Assembly (NCBI GenBank): GCA_963662405.2 | Contig: CAXXKT010000002.1 | Coordinates: forward strand, 160,001-224,000 | From: Syntrophales bacterium | GTDB taxonomy: Bacteria > Desulfobacterota > Syntrophia > Syntrophales > UBA2210 | DNA: 64,000 bases | Reading direction: 5' to 3' | Part shown: positions 19,928-30,925 of the stretch, in pieces | Layout of the letters: every line of letters begins with the position of its first letter | Position numbering within the stretch: position 1 is the stretch's first letter | Program-made: the position numbers and the translations under genes | Notes under the pieces: generated by a model | The model's input: only the letters and a program-made list of their open reading frames with translations | What the model was told of the DNA's origin: nothing | Databases searched by the model: none

Positions 19928-21451
19928 ATGAGGAATCACGTGAATCTGCAAAACATGTCAAAAGAAGAGTTGATTGCGACTGTCTCCCATCTCCGGGAAC
20001 AGCTGAAAAATCATCCTCATCTAAACGGCTCCGCCGAGGAAGATCTGTACACGATCCTGGCCCATAGCTCACAGCTGGGGTTCTACATCATGCAAAAGAA
20101 ACGTTTCCAGTTCGTAAACCGCCATTTTCAGGAATGTTCAGGGTACAGTGAGCAGGAGCTGCTCACCATGGATCCCACAAGCATCATCCTCCCGAAAGAC
20201 CGGGAAAAGGCGGCCCACAACGCCAGTATGATGCTCAAAGGGCATCGTTCTTCACCCTATGAATTCAGGATTGTGACCCGCGACGGGAAAATTAAATGGA
20301 TCATGGAACGGGTCATGTCCATTACCTTCAGGGGAGAACTGTCGATCCTCGGGAATTCGATGGATCTTACCGAGCGGAGAGAGGCGAATAGAAAACTCGA
20401 AGATCTGGAGGCCCTCGAATCTTCGATCCTGGATGCCATTCCCCAAGCCGTCGTGGGTCTGCATCAACGCCACATCAATTTCGCAAACAATGCCGTCAAG
20501 GCAATCTTCGGATGGGATCGGGAGGAGCTTGTCGGCAAGAATATCATCGTTATCTATCGAAGCAAGGAGGATGCCGATGCCATAGCACGACTGTTCTATA
20601 CAAACCTTGAAGATCAGAGGACTTTTATTACTGAGTTTCCCTGCATACGGAAAGACGGAAAAGAAATACTGTGCAGGATGAAGGCATCACGGATTGGTAA
20701 GCGACTCAAAGAGCGGCGGATTGTCGTCACCTATGAAGATATTACGGAACAGAAAAAGGCGGATGAAGAGCTTCAGCGATCACGTCAGGAACTCAGGGAT
20801 CTCTCCACCCATCTCCAATCCGTTCGCGAGAAGGAGAGTACGCGGATCGCCCGGAAGATACATGATGAATTGGGACAGTCCCTGACGGCCCTGAAAATGG
20901 ATCTCTCATGGATCGAGACCCACCTGCGGGAGCAACCCAACGCTATCAGGGAAAAGTCACGGAGAATGGCTCGGCTCGTTGATTCCACCATCGAAAGTGT
21001 CCACAATATCGTGACGGAACTCCGACCAAGCCTCCTTGACGACCTGGGCCTCCCGGCCGCTATCGAGTGGCAGGCCGATGATTTTCAGAAACGATCCGGC
21101 ATCCGGTGCGATGCCTCCATCGAGTGCGGGGAAGTCGTTATCGACAAAGAGCTGGCGACAACGATCTTTCGAATCTTCCAGGAAACGCTCACCAATATAG
21201 CACGCCACTCAAAGGCAACCCGTTGCTCCGTCACCCTAGCGGAGAACGGGAAAGAGCTACGCCTGGAGGTCATCGATAATGGGGTCGGCATCACCGACCG
21301 CCAAATCAAGGACCCTCAATCGTTCGGGCTAATCGGGATGCGGGAACGCGCCCACCTCTGGGGGGGGAGCGTGCAGGTAACAAGCGGCGCCACCCAGGGA
21401 ACAGCGGTCACCGTCATAGTCCCTCTTGAGAAAGGAGATATCCTGCAATGA
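19928..21451 (+). CDS. cytoplasmic PAS-PAS histidine kinase (HisKA_3/NarX type)
   Basis: RIARKIHDELGQ, FRIFQETLTNIARH, DNGVG, FGLIGMRER; no TM segment. Confidence 0.92.
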   Translation: MRNHVNLQNMSKEELIATVSHLREQLKNHPHLNGSAEEDLYTILAHSSQLGFYIMQKKRFQFVNRHFQECSGYSEQELLTMDPTSIILPKDREKAAHNASMMLKGHRSSPYEFRIVTRDGKIKWIMERVMSITFRGELSILGNSMDLTERREANRKLEDLEALESSILDAIPQAVVGLHQRHINFANNAVKAIFGWDREELVGKNIIVIYRSKEDADAIARLFYTNLEDQRTFITEFPCIRKDGKEILCRMKASRIGKRLKERRIVVTYEDITEQKKADEELQRSRQELRDLSTHLQSVREKESTRIARKIHDELGQSLTALKMDLSWIETHLREQPNAIREKSRRMARLVDSTIESVHNIVTELRPSLLDDLGLPAAIEWQADDFQKRSGIRCDASIECGEVVIDKELATTIFRIFQETLTNIARHSKATRCSVTLAENGKELRLEVIDNGVGITDRQIKDPQSFGLIGMRERAHLWGGSVQVTSGATQGTAVTVIVPLEKGDILQ

Positions 21452-22080
21452 TTCGAATACTGGTTGCCGATGACCATGCCGTGGTTCGCGAAGGGGTCAA
21501 GCAAATTCTGGCGGACGTCCCGGACATGATCGTGAAAGACGAGGCCGAGAACGGGCCGGCGGCGCTCGAAAAGATCGCACAGAACGATTATGACGTGATC
21601 CTGCTGGACATTTCGATGCCGGGAAGAAGCGGCCTCGATATCCTCGGAAACATCAAGAGCCAGAATCCGAAGCTCTCCGTGCTGATCCTGAGCATGCACC
21701 CCGAAGAACAGTATGCCATTCGAGCGCTCCGCGCAGGGGCATCGGGGTATCTCACCAAGGCAAGTGCGCCCCAGGAATTGATCGGGGCCATCAAAAAGGC
21801 TGCAGCTGGTGGAAAGTATGTAACATCTTCACTGGCGGAGAAACTGGCCATCGAACTTGACTCTGATATGGAGAAACCTCCCCATGAACGTCTTTCAAAC
21901 CGTGAGCACCAGGTTATGTTAATGCTCGCAGCCGGCAAATCGGTCTCCGAAGTTGCAAACAATCTTTTCCTCAGTGTCAAGACCATCAGCACCTACCGGA
22001 CACGCATCATGGAAAAAATGGGGATGAAAAAGAACGCCGAGCTCACGCTCTACGCCGTTCACAACAAGCTGATCGATTAG
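21448..22080 (+). CDS. NarL/UvrY-family response regulator (REC + LuxR HTH)
   Basis: ADDHAVVREG, LLDISMPG, LSVKTISTYRTRI; ATGA overlap with the kinase. Confidence 0.95.
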   Translation: MIRILVADDHAVVREGVKQILADVPDMIVKDEAENGPAALEKIAQNDYDVILLDISMPGRSGLDILGNIKSQNPKLSVLILSMHPEEQYAIRALRAGASGYLTKASAPQELIGAIKKAAAGGKYVTSSLAEKLAIELDSDMEKPPHERLSNREHQVMLMLAAGKSVSEVANNLFLSVKTISTYRTRIMEKMGMKKNAELTLYAVHNKLID

Positions 22081-22266
22081 CAATCCTCCTTCGGCGCCTT
22101 CTACCGCTCGACACCGCAACATGATGAGACGGTGCATATTTGGCTCCGGATCATTCACGGCATTCACGGAATGGTGCGTCGGTATCCTCTCCTGTCAGAA
22201 GAATCCCGTCAAGATATTCGGTCCCGTTCCGACACAGAAAAAAGGCTTTCCCCGATATTATCTTTG

Positions 22267-22695
22267 ACACCCCCATGGTAGACGATCTATTTGTCTTGGT
22301 ATCGCATGACGGCACTGCAAGGGTGCCTAATGGCAGGGAACAAAGGAATAGGCTTTCCCGTCGTACCGAAGATCGCTATCCCCCGATATCGACCACAAGA
22401 CGGATCGGGTGGCCTCGGGCCGCATCCGGCGAATGCCCGGGAGGTACGGTCGGGGCCGGTATATAGAGAAATCTCCGATACCTCCGCGAATCGCATCGTC
22501 ATGGGTGTCGCAGCCCAGAAACTGGGACAACCGGGTCTGGAGATACGTGTTGTCGCAGCAAGAAATACCTGCTTCGGTTCAATCATCACGTTCGGTTGAG
22601 AAGCCGTTTTCGTGAAGATATCGAAAGATATCTTTTGGAGGATCCTCCCCATGAGCGATAGGTATGTGGAAGAAATAGTCGGGAGTGAACGATGA
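22267..22695 (+). pseudogene. remnant of ATP-grasp (beta) domain of an ADP-forming acyl-CoA ligase or Pat
   Basis: IGFPVVPKI, +1 frame PDIDHKTD, NAREVR, GVAAQKLGQPGLE, FGSIITFG*, FVKISKDIFWRILP; frameshifts and stop at 22597; 5' boundary approximate. Confidence 0.8.
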
Positions 22696-23333
22696 ATGAG
22701 ATCGTAAAGAATGAAAAGGCCGGGATTCGCGTCTGCTCGACACTCGAGATGACCGGGGATGTTCCCGGTGAGACATATCGTTACGATCTCAGCCGACGCA
22801 GTATGCTCTCTGATTTCGCCACCTGCCAACTCTCCCGAAAACCACTTTCCCTTGATAATATACCCGTTCACCTGCGCCTGATCAGTCATCGGGATATGAG
22901 CTCATGGACGGATTTTGTGAACAGCTGTTCCGAAAGATCGTTGTGGCTCCGGTTTCTCTCTCCCTTCACCCCCACGCCCGAAAAGGCACGACGATTCTGC
23001 GATGTCAACCCCGCAGAGGAGATCGCCGTCGTGGCCGAGACGAACCGTGGGGATCAGCGCGGATTCCTCGGAATCGCACGCCTCATCAGGAACAGACGGT
23101 GCGAGGATGAAATTGAATATGCCCTGCTCGTCTCCGACCCATGGCAACAAAAAAAGCTGGGATACCTCCTGTCGGGGAGATGCATCGAACTGGCCAAGGA
23201 AGCAGGGTTCAAGACCATACGGTTCGAGACGCTGCAAGAAAATTTCCCCATAATACGGATCTTCAAACAGTACAATTTTCAGTTCGATAGTAAAGATGAA
23301 AACATGATCTCCATGTCCCTGAATTTCACGTGA
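22692..23333 (+). CDS. GNAT domain resembling the protein-lysine acetyltransferase Pat
   Basis: SERSLWLRFLS, RFCDVNPAEEIAVVAE, GIARL, EYALLVSDPWQ..LG, ETLQENFPI. Confidence 0.8.
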   Translation: MNEIVKNEKAGIRVCSTLEMTGDVPGETYRYDLSRRSMLSDFATCQLSRKPLSLDNIPVHLRLISHRDMSSWTDFVNSCSERSLWLRFLSPFTPTPEKARRFCDVNPAEEIAVVAETNRGDQRGFLGIARLIRNRRCEDEIEYALLVSDPWQQKKLGYLLSGRCIELAKEAGFKTIRFETLQENFPIIRIFKQYNFQFDSKDENMISMSLNFT

Positions 23334-23353
23334 GCCATGACAGAGCTACCCGC

Positions 23354-23392
23354 AAAAAAGCCCGTTCTCTTATTGCAAAGAACGGGCTTTTT
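23354..23392. terminator. bidirectional intrinsic terminator
   Basis: AAAAAAGCCCGTTCT-loop-AGAACGGGCTTTTT between convergent GNAT and acs. Confidence 0.85.
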
Positions 23393-23414
23393 CGTTACGC
23401 AATCGAACCGAATC

Positions 23415-25388
23415 TTATCCGAGTTTCTTTCGATTCTCGACGAGATCATCAACAACGCCCGGCTCTGCCAGGGTCGATGTATCACCAAAATTTCCGTAAT
23501 CTTCAGCCGCAACGTTTCGCAGCACCCGCCTCATGATCTTACCGGACCTCGTTTTGGGAAGCCCATCAGCCCACTGGATCTGGTCAGGCGTCGCGATCGG
23601 CCCGATCTCCGTTCTTACATGAGCACTGAGTTTCTTCTTCAGATCGTCATTCTTTTCAACGTCATTATTCAGGGTTACATAGGCAAAAATCCCCTGCCCC
23701 TTGATATCGTGAGGGAATCCGACGACAGCGGCCTCGGCGACGTCGGGGTGTGACGTAAGCGCAGCCTCAACCTCCGCAGTCCCCATCCGGTGACCGGAGA
23801 CGTTGATAACATCGTCAACCCGCCCCGTGATCTTATAGTCTCCATCCTCATCACGCTCAGCCCCGTCACCGGAGAAGTAATAGCCGGGAAACTGTAAGAA
23901 GTAGTTCTCCTGGAACTTCTCCTGGTCTCCCCATATTCCTCTCATCATGCCGGGCCATGCCCCCTTGATGCAGAGCGCACCTGTTCCGACACCCTCGATT
24001 TCATTTCCGTTCTCGTCAAGGAGTACCGGAATGACGCCGAAGAAGGGAACCATGGCCTTCGCGGGTTTGATATCTATGGCACCGGGAAGCGGAAGGATCA
24101 TATGTCCGCCCGTCTCCGTCTGCCACCATGTATCGGAAATCGTGCACCGGCCCCCGCCGACCTTGTTGTAATACCACCACCACGCCTCGGGATTCAGCGG
24201 CTCACCAACCGATCCCAAGACACGCAGGGACGAAAGATCATGTTTGTCGACCCATTCGTCACCCTCCTTGGCAATGGCGCGGATCGCCGTCGGGGCGGTA
24301 TAGAAATTGTTGACATTGTATTTCTCACAGATGGCCCAGAACCGGTCATAGGCGGGATAACTGGGAACACCTTCAAAGAGAATGCTGCTGTGACCGTTGC
24401 AGAGCGGCCCGTACACGATGTAACTGTGACCCGTCACCCATCCGATATCGGCGGTACACCAGTAGACATCCTCCTCACGGACATCAAAGGCCAGCTGCTG
24501 GGTCATGGAAGCATAGAGGAGATACCCTGCGGTAGTGTGGACGACACCCTTGGGCTGTCCGGTTGAACCTGACGTATAGAGGATAAAGAGGGGATCTTCC
24601 GCGTCCATTTCTTCGGGGACACAGTAGGACGCGGCCTGCTCCATCAGACTCTCGTACCACACGTCACGGCCATCCCGCATCGGCACCTCCGTGCCGGTCC
24701 GTTTCACGACAATCTGCGTCTTAACGGAGGGACAATCTTCAAGGGCCTTGTCGGCATTTCCCTTCTGGGGAACGGCCTTGGCACCGCGATAGGTCCCGTC
24801 GCAGGTGATAAGGATCTTGGCCTCGCAGTCGTTGATGCGATCCCGGAGGGCCTCCGCCGAAAAACCACCGAAAACGATGGAGTGAACGGCACCGATCCTG
24901 GTGCAGGCGAGCATCGTAATGGCCAGTTCAGGGATCATGGGGAGATAGATCGATACCCGGTCCCCCTTTTTGATCCCCAGGCCTTTGAGGACATTCGCAA
25001 ATTTATTTACCTCGCGATACATATCGAAATAGGTATAGACCTTCCAGTCGTTGGGGTCGTTTCCCTCGAAGATGATGGCGGCCTTGTTCTTCTTCGTCTC
25101 AAGGTGGCGATCAAGGCAGTTGTAACTCACATTGAGTTTTCCTCCTTCAAACCACTTCACGTGAAGATCATCTCCGAACGACCAGTCGGAGATCTTCTCC
25201 TTGTCAAAGGGTTTGAACCAGTGCAACCGTTCTTCCGCCATACGCGCCCAGAAGGCATCGGGATCCTCGATCGACTCCTTGTAGAGCTTTTCATAAGCCT
25301 CCCGACCCTTGATGTAGGATTTCTCTCGTACCCGGTCAGGGACAGGAAATACCTTATCATAAAAATCTTGCTCATTTATATCAGCCAT
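23415..25388 (-). CDS. acs: acetyl-CoA synthetase (AMP-forming)
   Basis: [46 protein letters not shown]. Confidence 0.97.
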   Translation of the reverse strand: MADINEQDFYDKVFPVPDRVREKSYIKGREAYEKLYKESIEDPDAFWARMAEERLHWFKPFDKEKISDWSFGDDLHVKWFEGGKLNVSYNCLDRHLETKKNKAAIIFEGNDPNDWKVYTYFDMYREVNKFANVLKGLGIKKGDRVSIYLPMIPELAITMLACTRIGAVHSIVFGGFSAEALRDRINDCEAKILITCDGTYRGAKAVPQKGNADKALEDCPSVKTQIVVKRTGTEVPMRDGRDVWYESLMEQAASYCVPEEMDAEDPLFILYTSGSTGQPKGVVHTTAGYLLYASMTQQLAFDVREEDVYWCTADIGWVTGHSYIVYGPLCNGHSSILFEGVPSYPAYDRFWAICEKYNVNNFYTAPTAIRAIAKEGDEWVDKHDLSSLRVLGSVGEPLNPEAWWWYYNKVGGGRCTISDTWWQTETGGHMILPLPGAIDIKPAKAMVPFFGVIPVLLDENGNEIEGVGTGALCIKGAWPGMMRGIWGDQEKFQENYFLQFPGYYFSGDGAERDEDGDYKITGRVDDVINVSGHRMGTAEVEAALTSHPDVAEAAVVGFPHDIKGQGIFAYVTLNNDVEKNDDLKKKLSAHVRTEIGPIATPDQIQWADGLPKTRSGKIMRRVLRNVAAEDYGNFGDTSTLAEPGVVDDLVENRKKLG

Positions 25389-25542
25389 TATCCGCCTCCT
25401 TCATGTTAAATTACTCAACTGGGCAACGAGAATGCCTGTTACCCAACGTAAGCACCGTCTCACACGGGGGCCTTCCGGCCCCCGATTGTACTGTTCTGGA
25501 GGTTTTTCTCCTCCCTCACGCACGGAATCACGCAGAAGTTTC

Positions 25543-25585
25543 AACCATATGTCCCTTCGGAAAAAAGCCGAAGGGACATATGGTT
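25543..25585. repeat. 18-bp perfect inverted repeat upstream of acs
   Basis: AACCATATGTCCCTTCGG-AAAAAAG-CCGAAGGGACATATGGTT. Confidence 0.8.
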
Positions 25586-26226
25586 TCAAAATGGAGTTCG
25601 GGACCCGCCCCCGGGCGGCTTCGCCTCCCACCAGCCGACGCGGAAGGAAAAACGTCTTCGATAAGAGAAAAGACCTCTGAATGTATCGTAGATGGCGTCT
25701 GCAATACGGGTGCCCCTCACAAAGCCTACTCTTCATAGCGTAAATTTATCACTCTCGATATCGGTATCAGTCTGAATTCCAAGTCGACGTCATCCCTACA
25801 CGCTGTCAATGTTTATCCCACACGGCCTGTCTCGGATAGCCCCTTCGAGGTTCAGATTCATGCTTGTTTTCCAAGATAACGGGGGGTATAGTAGTTAGAC
25901 TTGGGGTGGCAATCAGGAGGCAAGGACTTGCGCTCCAGGGGTGCATCCAGCCGGATTTGCTCAAGAAGTCCTACGGCTTCTCCACGAAGTGGGCGATACG
26001 GTCCTGTGTCAAGAAAAAGAACCATTGTTTCCGGCGTGTGGGTGACAAAACGAGTTACCGGCACAACAGGATTGCCCAGCACGGCAACATGGTGGAGGGG
26101 ATGGAGTATACACGATGAAACCGTCCTTCATACGGGGAACAGAGACACCACGCCCGCGAGGAGCCGGTAGCTGACCGTCCAGAGGAATCGCTCTAGAATC
26201 GCATCTTCCCGTGGGGGGAAACGAAG

Positions 26227-27054
26227 ATGGCCGATTACGGAATTACCCTGGAATACAGAGATCATATTGGAATCGTGCGCTTCGATCGACCGGAGAGGCG
26301 AAATGCCTTCAATGCGGCGATGTGGAACGATTTGGAAGAAATCATCCTACAGCTGGAGAGGCGACTTCCCCGCGTTGTCATCCTGGCGGGGGTGAAAGAT
26401 CAGGTGTTTTGTTCCGGCTTCGACGTTAACCCGGACAATCCCCAGGTCGCGAATCTCATTCAGGGGATAACGGCCCGCGACCGGGCGCCCGTTGCACAGA
26501 TGATACGACGGATCCGGAAGACAGTGGACAGTCTGTTTGCATTGCCGGTTCCGATCATCGCCGCACTCAATGGAAACGCCTACGGCGGAGGTGCGGAACT
26601 CGCCGTGCGGTGTGATATGCGCGTGATGGATCCGGATGCCGTTATCTGCTTTTCAGAGGTGCGCCTTGGCCTCATACCCGATTGGGGCGGAGCCGCCGCC
26701 CTCCCCCGGCTGATAGGACCCGCACGTGCGGCGGAAATGATCCTGACGGCCCGTGAGGTCACCTCGCACGATGCCCTTTCGTGCGGCTTGATCAATCGCA
26801 TCAGTTCGCCGGGAAGGGCACTTGCCGAATCGCTTCAGCTCGCGGGAAACATCGCCACGAACGGTCCGCGCGCCGTACGCGCCGCCCTTGAAGTCATCCG
26901 TTCAACCAGCAATCTATCGCTTGCTGGGTCGTTGAGATTAGAAATGGAAAAGGCCATTTCATTAATTACAACGGGCGAGTGTGTTCACGGGATATCGGCC
27001 TTCCTATCGAAAGAAAAACCGATATTCCCGGATAGCGCGACCGAGACCCCTTGA
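26227..27054 (+). CDS. enoyl-CoA hydratase/isomerase family protein
   Basis: FCSGFD, PIIAALNGNAYGGGAELA, EVRLGLIPDWGG. Confidence 0.92.
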   Translation: MADYGITLEYRDHIGIVRFDRPERRNAFNAAMWNDLEEIILQLERRLPRVVILAGVKDQVFCSGFDVNPDNPQVANLIQGITARDRAPVAQMIRRIRKTVDSLFALPVPIIAALNGNAYGGGAELAVRCDMRVMDPDAVICFSEVRLGLIPDWGGAAALPRLIGPARAAEMILTAREVTSHDALSCGLINRISSPGRALAESLQLAGNIATNGPRAVRAALEVIRSTSNLSLAGSLRLEMEKAISLITTGECVHGISAFLSKEKPIFPDSATETP

Positions 27055-27090
27055 GCGTCACCTCGCCATACGCCACGAAGGAGGGGAGTT

Positions 27091-27999
27091 ATGAAGGTCT
27101 TTATCACCGGAGGGTCGGGTTTTGTGGGGAGTACGTTGAGCTCGGGATTAACCGGCCACGGGCATGAGGTGACAATCCTGACACGATCGATCAAGAAACA
27201 GCAACTCCTCCCCAAAGGTGCATCGTTTCTGGAGGGAGACCCTACGCGGGAAGGGCCGTGGCAGGAACGGATTGCCGAGCACGACGCCGTCATCAACCTT
27301 GCCGGGGCCTCCATCTTCGCCCGGTGGACCGACGACTATAAAGACACCCTTCGGGAGAGCAGGCTCCTGACAACCCGCCATCTCGTCGATGCCCTGGCTC
27401 CACGTTCGGGAAAAGAAACACACCTTATCAGCACATCGGCCGTTGGGTATTATGGCTTTCATGAAGATGAATCCCTTGAAGAGACGGATCCACCCGGAAC
27501 GGATTTTCTGGCAACGCTCGCAGCGGACTGGGAGGCTGCAGCCCTTGAGGCCAAAAAATATGGCGCACGGGTTGTCCTCTGCCGCTTCGGCATCGTCTTG
27601 GGCAAAGGCGGGGGCGCCCTCGCGCAGATGCTCCCCCCCTTCCGCTTTTGGATGGGGGCACCGCTGGGCAACGGGACACAGTGGTTTTCCTGGATACATG
27701 AACGAGATCTTGCCGATATATTTCGATTCGTCCTCGAACGCAAAGATGTCGAGGGACCGATCAACTGCACGGCACCCGACCCCGTCAGGAACCGGGAGTT
27801 GACGCGAGCAATCGGCACGGTCATGGGCAAGCCGGTCTTTTTACCCCCTCTTCCCGCCTTTCTCATACGGTGGATCCTCGGGGAATTCGGAAATGTGATC
27901 CTGAAGGGGCAAAGGGTCTACCCCCGAAAGCTTATGGACGACGGTTTTGTTTTTCAGTTTCCAACCGTGCAGAAAGCGCTTATCGATCTGCTCCGATAG
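27091..27999 (+). CDS. YfcH-like NAD-dependent epimerase family protein (TIGR01777 type)
   Basis: TGGSGFVG, VINLAGASI, SAVGYYG, RFGIVLG, QWFSWIH, GQRVYP. Confidence 0.9.
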   Translation: MKVFITGGSGFVGSTLSSGLTGHGHEVTILTRSIKKQQLLPKGASFLEGDPTREGPWQERIAEHDAVINLAGASIFARWTDDYKDTLRESRLLTTRHLVDALAPRSGKETHLISTSAVGYYGFHEDESLEETDPPGTDFLATLAADWEAAALEAKKYGARVVLCRFGIVLGKGGGALAQMLPPFRFWMGAPLGNGTQWFSWIHERDLADIFRFVLERKDVEGPINCTAPDPVRNRELTRAIGTVMGKPVFLPPLPAFLIRWILGEFGNVILKGQRVYPRKLMDDGFVFQFPTVQKALIDLLR

Positions 28000-28038
28000 A
28001 ATCCGCCGACAGCGGGGAAGAAGAGGCAGTGGAAAAGT

Positions 28039-29061
28039 ATGAAGCGACAAATAACACTCGGGAAAACGGGCATTCAGGTCACACGTCTCGGTTTCGGCGG
28101 GATTCCGATCCAGCGGGTCTCCGAGGAAGAGGCCATCGAGACCGTTATCCATGCATTGACCAGCGGCGTTGATTTTATCGATACCTCCCGTGCCTATACG
28201 ACAAGTGAGCGGCGAATCGGCATTGCCCTGCAGGAGACCGGAAAGGATGTCGTTATAGCGACCAAATCTCAGCAGCACACTGCTGATAAAATCAGGAATG
28301 ATGTAGAGATAAGCCTCAGCGAACTCCAGAGGGACAAAATCGAGCTCTATCAGTGTCATTTTATCCGTGACCGCGATGCCTATAAGAAGATTATCTCAAA
28401 GGGCGGGGCACTGGAGGGGCTGTTGAAGGCGCGTGAGGAGGGTCTGATCGAGCACATCGGGATTACCAGCCACAGCCTGGACCTCCTGGACCATGTCATC
28501 GACGATGGACTTTTCGAGACTATCATGGTCTGCTACAGCTTCCTCGAGCCGAAGGCGCAAGAACGGGTGATTCCTCGGGCCCTCGCCGCGGACATCGGCG
28601 TCATCGTTATGAAGGCCTTTTCCGGGGGTATTATCGACAACGCCCGCCTGGCTCTCAAATACGCCCTGGCCATCGAGGGAACTGTCGTTATCCCCGGCAT
28701 CGAGTCACCGGAGTTGTTTGATAAGAACTGGGAGGTCTTCGTTGACGACTTGTCGCTCAGCCGGAAGGAATGGGAGGAGATCCATGCAATCCAGAGCGAA
28801 TTCGACAAACAGTTCTGCCGTCGCTGCGATTACTGCCAACCCTGCCCTGAAGAAATCCCCATACAGCACATCATCGGGATCAAATCGATGGTCAAGCGTA
28901 TGGGACCGGGGATTCTTGCCGGAGGATGGCCAAGATTTGCGGTTGACCAAGCACGGGGATGCACCGCATGCGGTCTGTGTTCTGAGCGTTGCCCCTATGA
29001 ACTCCCCATCCCGGAGCTGATCAAGGAGAACCTCCGGTGGATCGATGAACAGATACTGTGA
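28039..29061 (+). CDS. aldo/keto reductase with C-terminal 4Fe-4S dicluster
   Basis: LGFGGIPIQR, DTSRAY, IGITSH; CRRCDYCQPCP and CTACGLCSERCP. Confidence 0.9.
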   Translation: MKRQITLGKTGIQVTRLGFGGIPIQRVSEEEAIETVIHALTSGVDFIDTSRAYTTSERRIGIALQETGKDVVIATKSQQHTADKIRNDVEISLSELQRDKIELYQCHFIRDRDAYKKIISKGGALEGLLKAREEGLIEHIGITSHSLDLLDHVIDDGLFETIMVCYSFLEPKAQERVIPRALAADIGVIVMKAFSGGIIDNARLALKYALAIEGTVVIPGIESPELFDKNWEVFVDDLSLSRKEWEEIHAIQSEFDKQFCRRCDYCQPCPEEIPIQHIIGIKSMVKRMGPGILAGGWPRFAVDQARGCTACGLCSERCPYELPIPELIKENLRWIDEQIL

Positions 29062-29237
29062 TCGAACGATCGTGGGTCGTATCAATGTTCTTTTCCCTTT
29101 TTGTCCGTAAATCAGGTAGATACGGACAGGAAAACAAAGCTACTGAGGATAGCGACCTATCACAGACGTCCGGTCTGGATTTTTTTCACCTTTCATGATA
29201 GCTGGAATGAACTTACCTAGCGGAGGAGACATCTACC

Positions 29238-30110
29238 ATGACAATAGATACGACGACGCTGCTTGACGGACTGGGATTTCCCGAGGGGCCACGCTGGCAC
29301 GACGGGAGATTGTGGTTTTCGGACTTCCGCACGAAGAAAGTGATGACGGTCGACCTTGATGGTAATACGGAGATCATTACCGAGGTGTGGGGTCAGCCCT
29401 CCGGACTGGGATGGCTTCCCGATCAGAGTCTCCTCGTCGTCTCAATGGCGGATCGTCAACTGCTGCGGTTCCATGATGGAGTTCTGTCACAATTTGCCGA
29501 TCTGAGCGAGCTGGCATCATCATATTGCAACGATATGGTAGTCGATCACAGCGGGAGGGCATATATCGGAAATTTCGGTACCCCTCTCTTCGAACAGCCG
29601 TACCGGCCTGCCGAGATCGTCCTCGTTACACCGACCGGTGAGGCGAAGATAGTGGCCGAAGATATGGCCTTTCCCAACGGGAGCGTTATCTCACCCGACG
29701 GAAAGACACTGATCGTCGGTGAAACGCTTGCCGCACGCCTCACTGCCTTTGATATCGAGCAGGACGGTTCTCTCTCCCATCGTCGTGTCTGGGCCTCCTT
29801 TGACGAGTTGGGCCTGACCCCCCGTCACGCCGAGCTTGTTGACCGGGTAACCCCGGATGGGATCTGCCTTGATGCCGAGGGGGCCGTCTGGGTTGCTTCC
29901 CCCAATGCCCGTTCGGAGTTGATCCGTGTCCGCGAGGGAGGAGAAATTACCCATCGTTACAAACTCGCTCATACCCCCTTTGCCTGTATGCTCGGTGGTC
30001 CTGAGCGTCGAGACCTCTTTGTTCTGACATCGAGCCTTTACGAGAATAATAACAGGAGTGGTCGTATCGAGACCATTCGGGTAGATGTCCCCGGCGCGGG
30101 GCTGCCGTAG
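29238..30110 (+). CDS. SMP-30/gluconolactonase family protein
   Basis: FPEGPRW, CNDMVVD, FPNG, PDGICLDAEG, ACMLGG. Confidence 0.92.
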   Translation: MTIDTTTLLDGLGFPEGPRWHDGRLWFSDFRTKKVMTVDLDGNTEIITEVWGQPSGLGWLPDQSLLVVSMADRQLLRFHDGVLSQFADLSELASSYCNDMVVDHSGRAYIGNFGTPLFEQPYRPAEIVLVTPTGEAKIVAEDMAFPNGSVISPDGKTLIVGETLAARLTAFDIEQDGSLSHRRVWASFDELGLTPRHAELVDRVTPDGICLDAEGAVWVASPNARSELIRVREGGEITHRYKLAHTPFACMLGGPERRDLFVLTSSLYENNNRSGRIETIRVDVPGAGLP

Positions 30111-30170
30111 GGCTCCGGCTCGGTGCCCAGACCGGCGCTGGCATCTCAATCAAGGGGGGAGGAATTCACG

Positions 30171-30680
30171 ATGGCGGAAACCGAAAATGACCAATTGGTC
30201 GAATTTCTCAACAAGAATTGGATGACGCACGACGGGTTGTGGTTTTATGAGTGCCTGCAGGAACTGGGAGCGGAAAAGACCAATAAGATCAATAAGTCGG
30301 CAATTAAAGCATTGGCGGAGATTGAAGTCAGAAGGGTCAAGCAGTTCCTCGGCGTAGAGAAACAACCTCTTGATACCTTTGAGGAGTTCCAAGATTTCAT
30401 CGCTAATGTGTCTGAATTCTTCATACCTGATTTTATGAACGCCTCCATGAGTTTCCCTGACGATTGCGTTCTACAATGGGATTTTCTACCGGAAGACTGT
30501 TTCGCCTACAACAGCATGCGGGGCATGGGCGTTATTGGCGATTATGAGTGCGGCGTTATCTACCGGGTGGAATGCTGGCTTAAAAGCCTGGGGATTGCGT
30601 ATGATATCATGCCGCCGGTAACCACGTGTCTGATACTCAAAACCGGAACGTGTTCCGGAAGGTTTACCCTGCATTTCTGA
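30171..30680 (+). CDS. conserved hypothetical protein (DUF6125-like)
   Basis: KNWMTHDGLWF motif, several Cys; GGAGG RBS. Confidence 0.65.
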   Translation: MAETENDQLVEFLNKNWMTHDGLWFYECLQELGAEKTNKINKSAIKALAEIEVRRVKQFLGVEKQPLDTFEEFQDFIANVSEFFIPDFMNASMSFPDDCVLQWDFLPEDCFAYNSMRGMGVIGDYECGVIYRVECWLKSLGIAYDIMPPVTTCLILKTGTCSGRFTLHF

Positions 30681-30925
30681 GCACTTTTCTACCGGGAATT
30701 CCGGTTGATAGAAGCGGCGAACCTTCTCATTGCGTGTAGATATAGACCATTTCAACGCAATGTGTTATCATACATATTATGTGTTTTTTTCTATTGCGGG
30801 GCGAACAGGAAGTAATTCACCTATCAGGTTCGACGTTCCGCCGTTCTTCTGCAAACTGATATTTTTTCGGTAATCTACAGGCAACCAGTTTCAAGCAACC
30901 ATTGTATGAACACTGAGGTGCATTG

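Noticed and set aside
22081..22690. Csr/Rsm-type sRNA or UvrY boxes downstream of the response regulator
   Set aside because: GGA motifs are sparse, palindromes are weak, and most of the gap is explained by the ATP-grasp remnant
25864..26170. Possible glyoxalase-like remnant (..GNMVEGMEYT)
   Set aside because: Similarity limited to a few residues; needs BLASTX
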